Shown here in pieces: positions 24,560 to 38,916 of a stretch of DNA of 64,000 nucleotides (its first letter is position 1; each line of letters starts with the position of its first letter). Origin of the DNA: Octopus sinensis (Eukaryota); assembly GCF_006345805.1 (NCBI RefSeq), contig NC_043004.1, positions 80,228,001-80,292,000 of the forward strand. Reading direction: 5' to 3'. Below the pieces are notes generated by a model. That model worked only from the letters and a program-made list of their open reading frames with translations. It was not told the DNA's origin and ran no database searches. The position numbers and the translations under genes are program-made.

Positions 24560-25272
24560 TTAGAGGGGGAGGAGGAGGAGAAGGAGGAGGAGGGGGAGGG
24601 GGAGGAGAGAGGGAGAGAGAGGAGAGAGATAGGGAGAAATAGGTGGAGAGAGAGAGGAGAAAGAGGAGAGACAGTGAGGGAGAAAGAGAGAGAAAGAGGG
24701 AATGCATGTGAGAGAAAGAGAGACTGAAAGAGATAGGGAGAGACAGAGGAGAGAGTGAGGGACAGAGAGAGAAAGAAAGAGAGTGTGTGTGAGAGAAAGA
24801 AAGAGAGGAGAAAGAGGGAGAGAGAGGAGAGAGAGAAAGAGAGAGAAGGAGAGAGAAAAGAAGAGAGTATGTGTGAGAGAAAGAGAGAGAGGAGGAGAGA
24901 GAGTGAAAGAGAGGAGGAAGAGAGAGAAGGACGGAGGAGAGAGAAAGAGAGAAAGGAAGAGAATATGTGTGAGAGAAAGAGAGAGAGGAGGGGAGAGAGT
25001 GAAAGAGAGAGGAGAGAGAAAGGAGAGAAAGAAAGAGAGAGCGGAGGAGAGAGAGAGGGAGGAGAGAGAGAGAGAGGGAGGAGTGAGAGAGGGAGGAGTG
25101 AGAGAGGGAGGAGAGAGAGTGAAAGAGAGAGGAGAGAGAAAGGAGAGAGAAAGGAGAGAGAGAAAGAGAGCGGGAGGGAGATAGAAAGGAAGAGAGTATG
25201 TGGAAGAGAAAGAGGGACTCAGACAGACAGACAGAGAAGGGGAGAGATTGAAAGAGAAATAATGACAGTATG

Positions 25273-25307
<35 letters not shown>

Positions 25308-25357
25308 AGAGAGAAGGAGAGAGAATGAGGGAGAGAGTGTATGTGAGACAGAAAGAG

Positions 25358-25433
<76 letters not shown>

Positions 25434-25435
25434 AT
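24560..25435. repeat. (GA)-rich purine tract with an internal ~55-60-bp higher-order repeat
   Basis: Recurrent gtgtgtgagagaaagagagagaggaggagagagagtgaaagagag. Confidence 0.9.
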
Positions 25436-26465
25436 ATAGACCAAACTAGATGGTGATATACAAGCGAGGTGGGGAGCGGTGCATAGGATTTGGTAATATG
25501 ATGAAGGAATGTTTTTCTGCTGGTCATCAGCTTTGAAATAACAAGCTAAAGCATTTACAGAATTTCGGTGGAATATTTAGTGTTCGGTCTTAATCAGCAA
25601 CGACAGCATATTCCATCATTCACATTTATAAATCTATTCGTAATCTATGAATATTTAACACAGATTTTGTGGCATATATTATCGTATCATGGTGAGTCGT
25701 ATTGCGATAAAGATGGACTCTGTGGGGAAAAAAAAGAAAAGATATATTTATTTACCAAACAAAATTAATAAAAATGTTCCTGAATAGTTTCAGACGTTAA
25801 AAGCACGAATCAGAAAGAAAAATACGTCTATTGCCGTGATTTGAATCAAGTCCTGAAAAGAAATCAGCTTTGTGGCGTTATAGATAAATGTTGCTTCGTA
25901 TGTGATAGGTGAATGGTTCGAGGCTTGCTTAACTAAACGTTATTCTGCTTGTTGCATAGATGTGCTTTCATATATGTGTCCATAAGTTAAAGAACATAAA
26001 CTATGGGAGGAAATTGAAGAAACAAAAAAGAAATTGGGTGTGTATAATTTAGAAATAGATGTCAAATACTGTTTTCAACTGAAGATCGAAAAGCAGATTT
26101 GTCATGCAAAGAGCGAAGTCAAATGGTAATGAAATATATATAATTTATCTACGTATTCCAAGCAAGGGTGAGCCTATTTCTGAAGTGTTCGTTGCATTGG
26201 TCGTGTGTATCTTTTTCGTAATTTTTATGGTGGTTTTCAGAGCAACGGCTCTGATATTAGCAAGTGGTATTATAAACCCTACCTAATCTTAAATTACTTT
26301 ATTTTGTGACTGTAAAGGTGTGAACTGGCTAGCCACCTTATTATTACTGTAAATAACGGTAATAATACTACCTTTTTATACACACACTATACACACACTA
26401 CACACACACACACAACACATAAACATACACACACACACTCATATATATAGATATATATGTATATA

Positions 26466-26880
26466 GGCGCGGGCGTGGCTGTGTGGTAAGAAGCTTGCTT
26501 CCCAACCACATGGTTCTGGGTTCAGTCCCTGGGCAAGTGTCTTTTATCTACAGCCTCGGGCCGACCAGAGCCTTGTGAGTGAATTTGGTAGACGGAAACT
26601 GAAAGAAGCTCGTCGTATATATGTTTATGTTTGTGTGTCTGTGCTTGTCTTCCCACCATCGCTTGACAACCAGTGTTGGTGTGTTTACGTCCCCGTAACC
26701 TAGCGGTTCGGCAAAACACACCGATAGACTAAGTACTAGGCTTACAAAAAGAATAGGTCTTTGGGTAAATTTGTTCGACTAAGGGCTGTGCTCCAGCATG
26801 GCCGCAGTCAAATGACTGAAACAAGTAAAGGTGTATTCATTTATTTGTTTATTCAACAGCTACAGGCGTGACTGTGTGGC
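26466..26880 (+). mobile_element. Full-length SINE family B plus adjacent head fragment
   Basis: Family motifs as above. Confidence 0.9.
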
Positions 26881-27019
26881 AAGAAGTTTGCTTCCTATGT
26901 ATATATATATATGTATGTATATATGTACACACACACACGCACGCACACACACACACACACACACACAGCTATATATATATATATCATATTATCGCAGTAT
27001 CAACCGGACCATTAAATGC

Positions 27020-27300
27020 TGTTATACACCGCTGCTCACAATGAGCTCCCAATTCTCTCTTGATTGCGCCATCCTTTTCTTTCTTGGCCCAAATTGCTTA
27101 AATAAACCCCTCCCCCCCCCCCATCGTGGTGCAGGCCTTCTGAATGGGCTTTTCCGATCTGTTGGATACAACTTAGGCCAATGCAAGGGTCCACCTGTTG
27201 TCTGTGAACCTTGTAATATGTCCGGTCCAACAGAACTTGTTTTTTTCCGGTATTCTGTGATCTCATGGTTCACTCCGTTCCGATCTCAAATTATTTCATT
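27020..27300 (-). mobile_element. RTE-clade LINE 3' remnant
   Basis: WTGHITRFTDNRWT then (frameshift) LYPTDRKSPFRRPAPRW, like RTE WAGHIARxxDNRWT..WYPxDxKRxxGRPxxRW. Confidence 0.6.
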
Positions 27301-28244
27301 CTGAATAGGCTTCTTTTAGTGATGTCCCTAGCATGCACACACATACACACACACATACACACACACACACACACACCACACCACGCACACACACACATAC
27401 ACATGTCCTACATGTAAGCAAAATCACCCTAAATGCCGTATTAACGATCATTTGGCAATGACGTGTGGTGCATAGCGAGACACTGAGACGTAGAAACGCG
27501 AAGACATAGAGACATCCAACAATTTTGAAAATTGTTTCTCAACCTGAGTTAAGAATTATAAAGAAATAATGAAATAACAATTGAATATGATTCTTTGCTA
27601 GCTTTTAAGCGAAAGTAAAGTCTACAAGATAAACTGTTTAAACGCCATTGTAGAAAAGGAAGCATCAAAGTTCCGAGCAAAATCGTCAACCTTTCCAGCG
27701 GACTTCAATCCACTTTCGCAAATCGTTTACAGACAATTTTCGCTTATCACAGGAAGCTTTTAAATTTATTTTCAATCTCATATAGAAGCCTTTTCCAACA
27801 CAGTAATAATCTACTTCGTAGCTTTCACTATTCGTCCATCTTGACAATGCAAGCCAGCCATTAGTAAGAATCGTATCACACCAATTCCAAGCAAACGATG
27901 TCTGTTATTATTGGCTTTCTCTTGAAGATTTTACAGTGAAGATTATCAAATATTTATCATAGCATAAATGTATGGCACGTAAAAACCAGCATAACTCTGT
28001 GTAACGTTTCGGATGGCTTTATCGTGTGTAGTACTTTCAATCTTCATCAAAGCCATTTGATTTGATCCGTCTTACTTTGGCAGAGAAATGCTTTGAGACG
28101 GTAGCGTTCTCATAGACATTCACTATGTAATTTCCATGGGGCTTGATTTAACGTGTATATATATATGTGGGTGTGGTGTGTGTGTGTGTGTGTGTGTGTG
28201 TATGCGTGTGTGTATATACATACATATATGTATATACATTTATT

Positions 28245-28493
28245 CTTTTATTTGTTTCAGTCATTTGACTGCGGCCATGCTGGAGCACCGCCTTTAGTCG
28301 AGCAAATCGACTCCAGGACTTATTCTTTGTACGCCTAGTACTTATCCTATCGGTCTCTCTTGCCGAACCGCTTAGTTACAGGACGTAAACACACCAGCAT
28401 CGGTTGTCAAGCGATGTTGGGGCGACAAACACAGACACCAAAACATATACATACACGCACACATACACACACACACACACTCCCCCATATATA

Positions 28494-28525
<32 letters not shown>

Positions 28526-28680
28526 CTTTCAGTTTCCGTCTACCAAATCCACTCATAAGACTTTGGTCGACCCGAGGCTATAGTAGAAGACACTTGCCCA
28601 AGGTGCCACGCAGTAGGACTGAACCCGGAGCCATGTGGCTGGTAAGCAAACTACTTACCACACATCCACTTCTGCGCCTA
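28245..28680 (-). mobile_element. Full-length SINE family B
   Basis: Tail, internal (CA)n(TA)n, CORE-like domain and head all present. Confidence 0.92.
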
Positions 28681-28725
28681 TATGTATATACATATAAATA
28701 TATATATACATATATACATATAGGT

Positions 28726-28795
<70 letters not shown>

Positions 28796-29189
28796 GCATG
28801 TGTGTGTGTATAAAATAGAAAATTACTATTTGTAAATCTCTCAACGAGAAACATTAAGTAACAGTACTCTTGAGTAAAGATGCCATATTATGTTGGCAAA
28901 TCATGTTTACTATATATATACCGGAGTAGAATACGGAAGTACGTACAGAATGGATGCGTATTAGCAACCGACAACACGTGCTATATAGTTTAGCAATATC
29001 GTTCAAAGGTCACTTCCTGTTTGTGCTGGAAGCCACAGCAGGCACGGTGCTTTCAGAACGTACTTACGTATATACTTGTATATCATACACAAACATATAT
29101 ATGTATATGCAAAAAAACACACTTACACACACGTCTATGTGTATGTGTGTATGTATATTACATACACACGCACACAACCACACACACAC

Positions 29190-29895
29190 ATATGGGGTAA
29201 GAAGTTTGCTTCCCGTCACGTGGTTCCGGCTTCAGTCCCACTGCGTGGAACTTTGACCAAAAGTCTTCTATTCAACCCTTGGGCCAACCAAAGCCTTCTT
29301 AATGCATTTGGTAGACGGAAACTGAAAGAACCCTGTATATGTGTGTGTGTTTGTGTGTGAGCCAGTGAGTGTGTGTGTGTATGTGTGTGTGCATGTATGT
29401 GTGCAATTTCACCATTTGTTTCGAAATCGAACTCGTAACCCTACAGTCTAGATCAAATTTGTATTACTTTACGCTTTTCTCGCAATGAAAGAGAAAGAGG
29501 GGGTGCTGTTGGGGGTAGATGGGACAGATTCAATCTAGAATATTCTGCTTACATTTTCTAAGATGGTTAATGGAATAACTGCTGTTTCGGCAGAAAATCG
29601 AAAGTTTTACCTAAAGGTCATGAAACCACATCGGTTTTGCATGATAGCATCTTCGAAGCTAGCTGCATGCAACGTGCTTGTATCCGTCTGCGTTCAAAAT
29701 GTCTACTGATTATGCGAGAGAATGTTACAGGGCGGCGAGCTGGCAGAATCGTTAGCACACCGGGCGAAATGCTTAGCTTAGCGGCATTTCGTCCGTCTTT
29801 ACGTTCTGGGTTAAATTTGTTTTCAGGGTCGATAAAATAAGTACTAGTTGAGCATTGGGGTCGATGTAATCAATTTAACCTTTCCCCTGAACTCA
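29190..29895 (+). mobile_element. SINE B 5' half (29190-29340) and SINE A copy (29730-29895)
   Basis: Family motifs; unique DNA between them. Confidence 0.75.
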
Positions 29896-29943
29896 CTGTC
29901 CAATATTGCTGACCGTATTGAAACTAATACATGTGAGTATGTA

Positions 29944-30835
29944 CGAGGTTTGACCAATAAGTATCCGGACTGTTGCCATAGTAACGAGGTTAAAGCACGC
30001 ATAGTAAAGCCGCTTAACAAAGACTGACCTTGAATTTTGTTGTGCATGTGCACTAAGTTTTAAAGTTCTAGCTCACTTCCACTATTTACAGCAATGCTTG
30101 GAAGGAACGTGTGTAGTGTGTGATCGTCGCATTGGCCATGACAGTGAAAGTTGTCATGGCGATACCTGCTCAGAGGCCTACGCAAAGTTGCAGAAAGTGT
30201 ATGAATAGGAGTGCATGAGACGCGCACAAATGTTTGAGTGGTCTAGACGTTTCCAAGATGGCCGAAAAAATGTCGATTTTGACGAACGTTCTGGGAGACC
30301 CGCAACCAGCAAAACTGAAAAAGACATCGCAAATGTGCGTGTAGCTGTGAGGGAAATTGTCGAATCACCATCCGTGAGTTATCAGAGAATGCGCAGATTA
30401 GTTACGGTTCAGTTCAGTCCATTATCACTGAAGATTTAGGTATGCGATGCGTGTCTACCAAGTTTGTGCCAAAAGTACTCAGCTGACCATAAAGACACTC
30501 GGGTTTCAGATGCACAAGATTTCCTTAATTTTGTCGAGAACAATGAAAACTTTTTGAAAATTATGCATAGGCCTCTGAGCAGGTATTGTCAAGCTTTTGG
30601 CAAAATTTGATGCAGATTCTCTGCTCAACTTTCTCTGTCATGGTCAATACGACGATCATGCACCACACATGTTCCCTCCAAGCACTGCTGTAAACAGCAG
30701 GTGTGAGCTAAAACGTGAAGACTTAGTCTGCATGCTCAGCAGAGTTCGAGGTCAATCTGTGCCAAGCAGCTTCACTATGCAAGTTTTAGCTTCGTTACTA
30801 TAGCAACAATCCGGATACTTAATGATCAGACCTTG
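29944..30835 (+). mobile_element. Mariner derivative made of a long 5' end plus an inverted second 5' end
   Basis: TA|CGAGGTTTGACCAATAAGTATCCGGA .. TCCGGATACTTAATGATCAGACCTTG|TA; N-terminal transposase remnant FEWSRRFQDGRKNVDFDERSGRPATS .. EDLGMRCVSTKFVPK; no catalytic domain. Confidence 0.85.
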
Positions 30836-30904
30836 TATATGTATGGGTATGTATATATAGTGTGTGGCTGGGCGCGGGTGTGTGACGGGGTGTGTATGAA
30901 CTGA

Positions 30905-31370
30905 TACTCCGTCGATTGCGATGACGAGGTTTCGAGTTCATACAATCAACGGAAAAGCCGTGTATGTGGCTAAGGACTCTACAGACACACCTTTAGCGTA
31001 ATTCTCGGGGAGATTCAGCGTGGCACCGAATGGACCCTTTTGAATTACAGGTACAGCTCATTTTTGTCAGCTGAGTGAACTGGAGCAACCTGAAAGGAAA
31101 TGTCTTGCCCAAGGACACAACACGCCGCCAGGAATCGAACTCTCGGCCTTTATTTCACGTTGCTCTAGTCCTCTCAGCTGGCAAAAATGTACCTGTATTT
31201 CAAAGGGCCAACTTTATCCCATTCTGTGTTACACTGAATCCCCTTAAAAAATACATTAAGTGCACGCGTGTCTGTGGAGTACTCGATCACTTGCACGTTA
31301 AGTTATTGAACAGTCTGCTCCGATGGTCGGATCAACTGGAGTACTCTTCGTCGTAACCGACGGAGAACCA
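30905..31370. mobile_element. Inverted pair of SINE family D copies (minus 30905-31140, plus 31150-31370)
   Basis: Shared ttcacgttgctc.agt.c.ctcagctg.caaaaatg..acctgta.ttcaaaaggg ... tcgt.gtaaccgacggag. Confidence 0.75.
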
Positions 31371-31434
31371 GTTAATGAGTCTCCCACATTTACCGCGTGC
31401 ATGCATGCATATGTGTGTGTATGTATGTATTATC

Positions 31435-31730
31435 TTTTCCTAGTTCCAGTCATTAGAATGCAGCCATGCTGGGGGAACTATCTTAAAGAATTTTTAGTCG
31501 AATGAATCGACACCAGTAATTGTTTTTCAAGCCTGGTACTTATAATATCGGTCTCTTTAGCCGAAATGCTACGTTACGGGGTTGCAAGCACACCAGCATG
31601 GTGTATGTATAGGACGAGCGACTTTCTATTTCTGTCTACTAAATCGAGGTTATGACGGAGGTCACTTGTCCAACTGAGACTGAACTAGGAACCATGTGGT
31701 TGGGAAGCAAAGTTCTAACCACATAGCCAC
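31435..31730 (-). mobile_element. Degraded SINE family B
   Basis: Tail and head motifs on the minus strand. Confidence 0.7.
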
Positions 31731-31735
31731 GCATA

Positions 31736-31767
<32 letters not shown>

Positions 31768-32204
31768 GCGTACATTTCATTAACATTATACGATTATTAG
31801 TTACATATAAATTGCATAATCAAGACTTACTGTCAAATCGTCAGAGACTTGTAACTTTATCTGCATGTGTGTGCGTATGTGAGTGTGTGGATGTATGTGT
31901 TGAAAACTCTTAGAGTTATTGGTTCAGCAAAGCAGTCGCAGGGGAGTGGGGCATACATTCATACACCAAAGCTGCGGTTAAAACCACTAGATGGCGCTTT
32001 CCATCAAGATTGCACACTAGCGGATTACTGCTGCTGGGATGCAAATTAAGACTCGATCACTTCCAGCTGAGTTAACTTGAGGGTCGGGACCCGAAAAGCC
32101 CTAAACTCCCAGAAACCTCACTGACGATGGATCTCAGGGAATCCGTGAGATATATCGGGGAACTACGCGTGCACGCACAAAGACACAAACACACACACAT
32201 ACGC

Positions 32205-32530
32205 ACAATTATTTTACCGACCTGTAAATAGATGAAAGGCAAAAATCGACCTCGACGGAATTTGAACTGAGAACGTAAAGACGGACAAAATGCCTAATGG
32301 CATTTTGTCCGGCATGCTAACGATTCTGCCAGATCACCACCTTATTTCATTATGCATTTTAATTTTGACAAAAGGCCAGCATTTAAAGGGGAGGAGTGAG
32401 TTGATTACATCGACTCCAGTTCTTGTCTGGCCATTTTATTTCATCGACCTCAGCGGGATTGGAACACTTTGTTTAAAGCGTTGGAAGAAATGGCACTAAA
32501 CATTTTACCCGAAGTACTAACGATTCTACC
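32205..32530 (-). mobile_element. Two degraded SINE family A copies
   Basis: gatgaaaggcaaaaatcgacctcgacggaatttgaactgagaacg..gctaacgattctgccag. Confidence 0.75.
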
Positions 32531-33294
32531 GGGTTGGAAATGGTTGATAGTGACTTCAAACTTTCAGCTTACCATTAAGCAAAGGAAATAGTATACGACG
32601 AATGTAATTAAGTTAATTAGCCGTGTGCAATAGTCAGAGGACGGAATGCTGTGCATTATATAAACACGCTATAATTTTGTGCAAAGATTTGTAATGGTGT
32701 TTGAAATCCTGTATAAACACACATGTGAATAATATAGACTTCAGGTCAATACATCTCTGTTTATTCTAATCGTGTTATTTCTTTTCTGACGGCTATCAAT
32801 TCTAATTCTCTTGTGTATTGAATTACAAGAAAAATAGTTGGCGTAAAATGCGACATCATTTTCCTTTTCCAACTTCAAATAAACTCTGTAACGAAGTTAT
32901 CTTTTAAAACTTAACTTATGGCAATAATTATGGTTTTCAGAAAAAATGAAAACAACGACAAAAAAAACCGCAACATATCCACCTGTTTTCGGTTGGCTTT
33001 TACTGTTTGTCTGTATTTTTCTTTCTCTGCTTTCTGTTTTACAGTTACCTCGAAAGAGAAGATTTTTCTGTTTGTAGTTGGAATGAAATTTCTGCGACAG
33101 AAGGCCTCATAAAATGAATGAAATTAGTGCGGTTAAAAGAAGGTTAACAAGTTCAGACGTTAGGGTTACTATGATAATCATCAAGCATTTAAGACAATAT
33201 ATATCGTAGCAACGGGAGTAGAGTTGATTAATTTGATGAAGAAAACTTCAAACTTTGTCTGGTTAAAAGATTAGAAAACTAAAATATTACGTAC

Positions 33295-33630
33295 CTTATT
33301 TACATTATTTACCTTTGACGGATATTTGTCCTCATCTTGTTTGTTGTTAACACACCGTTTCGACTAATATACCCTCCAGCTTTCATCAGGTGGCTTGGGG
33401 AAATTTAGAACCTGTGTTCTCATTCCTAAGGTATTTTTCGATGTTATTATTATTATTAACTTGGAATCTTGGGGTTAGTAGCCCCCGCTCTTAACCACTA
33501 CGCCATAAAGCTGAATGGTATATCAGCCGAAACGTTGTGTTAACAACAAACAAGATGAGGACAAATATCCGTCAAATGTAAATAATGTAAATAATATACA
33601 TAATTCCTCATCTCTTAAATATAGAACTGT
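33295..33630. mobile_element. Inverted pair of Penelope-like terminal repeats with a hammerhead-like motif, separated by a tRNA-like SINE head
   Basis: Minus copy 33295-33435 and plus copy 33515-33630 share gaaacg.tgtgttaacaacaaacaagatgaggacaaatatccgtc; minus copy has CTGATGA (33383-33389). Confidence 0.55.
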
Positions 33631-33919
33631 AGAATATTACAGCTGAGAATAAGGGGATCCTATATTAAGATATTAATTTGTAACTCTTACTCGCATCACA
33701 GGCCTCCATACGTAAAATGGCATTAGGGACCCTCGACATATGGCTCCCCGGGGCAGCAGCTCAAAGTGTGACTCTGCCGTAATATAACAGTGAAAGAGAG
33801 AGAGAGAGAGATGTATTACGCTTTGTAACAGAGCAAGTCAACGAGAGATGTTATCTCAGGACCAATTTACTGCTTCAATTGCATATTGTATATTGTATAC
33901 ATATATATAATATTATATA

Positions 33920-33976
<57 letters not shown>

Positions 33977-34409
33977 AGAGAGAGAGAGAGAGAAAAGATA
34001 AGAAATGGAGCAATAATTAACAATGAGCAGTAGATCATTGGTGTTTAAAAGTCGTTGTTTAATAGAATTTGGTTTCCAAATGGTTCCAAATTCTATTGAA
34101 CAGTGAGTTTTTAACACCAATGATCCACTCCTCATCGTTAATTGATGCTCCATCTCTTATCGTCTCTATATATATTAAACCACGCTTTTACCTTTGAATT
34201 ACCTACTACCGTATACCTTATAACAAGGCCCATACATATTGAGGTAATACACCAGGAGTGCTTATGGATACATCTATCACTTGGATGGTTGCATAATCTT
34301 TAACTTATATCTTACTTTACATTTCTCTTCGTTTTTTCATTTCTTTTTTTTCTCTTTTTTCCTCTTCTCTTTTTCTCTTCTTTTTTTCTTTCTTTCTTTT
34401 CTCTTTTTG

Positions 34410-34570
34410 TTTCTCTCCTTGTTTTTTTCTTTGTCCCTTTCTGTAGAAGAGCGTTGGCTCGAAACGTAAAAGACTTTTTCTATTCCTGAGCGTTATACTA
34501 ATAGATCTGTTTGTTTTGTACACCACCTGTCTTCGTCTTTTGTTTTTTTTTTCGGAAACTCTCCCTATAT
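34410..34570 (+). mobile_element. Penelope-like terminal repeat copy
   Basis: ctgtagaagagcgttggctcgaaacgtaaaagactttttctattcctgagcgttatact. Confidence 0.65.
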
Positions 34571-34809
34571 ATATATAGTCTATGGCTTGCAGAGAGCCTT
34601 GATCGGCCTGCGGCATTGGTAAGGGACATGTTGTGAGTTGTCTCGCTTGACTGCGACTTAGTTTCAGGTGTTCTTTGCACCAAGCGCACATAGAGAATAC
34701 ATTGTCTAACGCCTACTCCCCCGCCCGCCGACCCAACGAGTTAACGACACACACACACACACCGTGTGTGTCTGTTCGTTTTGTTTATATACTCCAGCTG
34801 CATCTAATT

Positions 34810-36340
<1,531 letters not shown>

Positions 36341-36559
36341 ATGAGTTTCTCGCTTTAAAACGTAACTCGAGAAATGCCTCGATATAGGATCGAACACAGA
36401 CAGGTATAAGATAAGGTGAGGGATCGAAATAGATTCAAAAGTAAAAAAAAAAAACCAAAGACTAGATATTTAAAAAAGATATCAAGGCGGTGTCTCAGCA
36501 TGGCCGCAATCCAATGATTGAAACAATTATAAAGAAAACATACCAATACACATAAAGTT

Positions 36560-36744
36560 CTAGGCGCAGGCGTGGCTGTGTGATAAGAAACTTGCTTCCT
36601 AACCACATGGTTCTGGGTTCAGTCCCACTGCGTGACACCTTGGGCAAGTGTCTTCTGCCATAGCCTCGGGTCAACCAAAGCCTTGTGAGTGGATTTGGGA
36701 GACGGAAACTGAAAGAAGCCAGTCGTGTGTATGTGTGTGTGTGT

Positions 36745-36778
<34 letters not shown>

Positions 36779-36945
36779 TGTACCTGTCTGTCTGTGTGTG
36801 TGTCTTTATGTTGTGTTTGACAACCCGTAACTTAGCGGTTCAGCAAAAAGAAAGCAAATACTGGGGTCGATTTGGTCGACTAAAAATCCTTCAAGGTGGT
36901 GCTTCAGCATGGTCGCAGTCTAATGACGGAAACAAGCAAAGGGAA
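36560..36945 (+). mobile_element. SINE family B copy
   Basis: Head, internal (TG)n and tail. Confidence 0.85.
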
Positions 36946-37519
36946 ATGGTACTTGACGGGCATGAGTGGCGTCACGAGTATAATAAATAAGAAGGTACGG
37001 CGAAAGAAAGCAAAGAAAATGGTAACTTTAAGCACACGGAGTCCTCCACGAACCAAAACTCGTGTCTACAAGAACGTTGGAGATGCACAAGGACATGCGG
37101 TGACATTTGAAAAGCTATGTCTTACACCCAAACAAACGAAATACGAACCTGTGCATGTACCCCTACCCTAACCCTCAGAAAATGGTAATTCTGTTGCTCT
37201 TGCTGGTTTTGATATTAAGAATGTATTACCGCGCTAAAACTGACAAATTGCAAAACCATTAAAATTCCAGACTTACTAGAACATTGCATTTAAACATGGC
37301 TCCCTATTTTAAACATTTTTTTTTTCATTGTACTTTTAAGAAATTCTCTTTGAGTTCTTCATCTTCGTCACAAACCGCCCAAATAAATAAATAAATTGGG
37401 TCGGCTGATATGGTGGAAATGTTCATTAATTCTGCGATTAAAATTCTGAGATTAAATTCTACAAATTTTTTGGCTTACCACATACATCACCATAATGATA
37501 TTGAACTGAGGTAGATACT

Positions 37520-37528
37520 GGTGTATTA

Positions 37529-37593
<65 letters not shown>

Positions 37594-37627
37594 TTATTAT
37601 TATTAATCATCATCATTATTATTTTAT

Positions 37628-37670
<43 letters not shown>

Positions 37671-37716
37671 TATTATCTTATTATTATTATTTTATTATTA
37701 TTATATTATTATCATC

Positions 37717-37765
<49 letters not shown>

Positions 37766-37854
37766 CATTATTATTATTATTATATTATTATTATTTTATT
37801 ATTTTATTATTATTATCATCATTATTATTATTATTATCATTATTATTATTATTA

Positions 37855-37901
<47 letters not shown>

Positions 37902-38158
37902 GGCGGCGAGCTGGCAGAAACGTTAGCACGCCGGGCGAAATGCGTAGCCGTACTTCGTCTATCGTTACGTTCCGAGTTCAAATTCCGCCGAGGTCGACTT
38001 CGCCTTTCATCCTCTCGGGGTCGATAAATTAAGTACCAGTTACGCACTGGGGTCGATGTAATCGACTTAATACCTATGTCTGTCCTTGTTTGTCCCCTCA
38101 GTGTTTAGCCCCTTGTGGGTAGTAAAAAAAATAGTAAAGAAATAGTAGTAAATAAATA

Positions 38159-38241
<83 letters not shown>

Positions 38242-38245
38242 GTAG
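37520..38245 (+). mobile_element. SINE family A (37901-38135) embedded in long (TTA/TCA)n tracts
   Basis: attattaaggcggcgagctggcagaaacg..; microsatellite on both sides. Confidence 0.9.
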
Positions 38246-38369
38246 TAATATTCTTAAAATTCACCAAGTGCTCGACAGAATGTTCCTATGGCGTATGTTT
38301 GCCTTTCTGACGAGTTTTAACACGTCTCGCTCCCGTAACGATCCATAGAAATAAGGAAATCTCTATATG

Positions 38370-38580
38370 GTCGTTCAACTTGTTAGAAATAGCTACTTAA
38401 TCTTCCTCAAATCGCACCTAAGTGTCTTGTAAAAAGGAAGGGCACGTGAATGAAATAGTCTGGGATACACTTTACCTAGAAAGAAGAAGGGGAACACAGA
38501 AGAATTGCTATGGATGGAGTAACGTTTTATCATTGGTCTCCTAAACATGGCTGACTTGGGGTTAAGCCACAACAACAACA
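38370..38580 (+). mobile_element. 3' part of a further SINE-like repeat ending in (CAA)n; related sequence at 233-290
   Basis: gttcaacttgttagaaatagc..ctcaaatcgcacc..aaaaaggaaggg..ggggttaagccacaacaacaac. Confidence 0.5.
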
Positions 38581-38722
38581 GTCTCCGAAGGAAGCCAAAA
38601 AAAGAAGCGATGCTGGAGTCGAAGCCGAGTGCAAAACTTCTTGACTATTTGTCCATACATCACATGCATTTATGTATATAAAAACATGTTTAAATATTGA
38701 TTATGTCTGAGTACGTAGAGAG

Positions 38723-38916
38723 GTGCGGTTCTTAACCTTTTTTAATTGCCGGGCCTGGAATTCTTTTAGGGGGCCACACCAAAAGAGTAAAACGTAAGTC
38801 AATGAAAGAAAAGGTTATATTTGTAGAGGGAAGACCATCGGGGGTGGGAGGGTGTGCCACCGGAAGGATGTTTGAGGGCCTCATGAAGCCCTGGGAACTG
38901 CAGTTGAGAACCACTG
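38723..38916. mobile_element. hAT-Charlie-type MITE (194 bp)
   Basis: Ends GTGCGGTTCTTAACC / GTTGAGAACCACTG; degenerate 8-bp TSD gtagagag/gtatagat. Confidence 0.7.

Noticed and set aside
24560-25456. Long Arg/Glu- and Ser/Leu-rich ORFs (also 35299-36397, 45935-46761, 52734-53771, 56289-57128)
   Set aside because: (GA)n, (TA)n, (TG)n and (CAT)n tracts lack stop codons by composition
25561-25691. Plus-strand exon candidates (also 33045, 41079, 51909)
   Set aside because: One good splice site each but weak partner site or no coherent reading frame; expected by chance in AT-rich DNA
32108-32150. Hammerhead at CTGACGA (~32121)
   Set aside because: A stem II is possible but GAAA is absent and no stems I or III form
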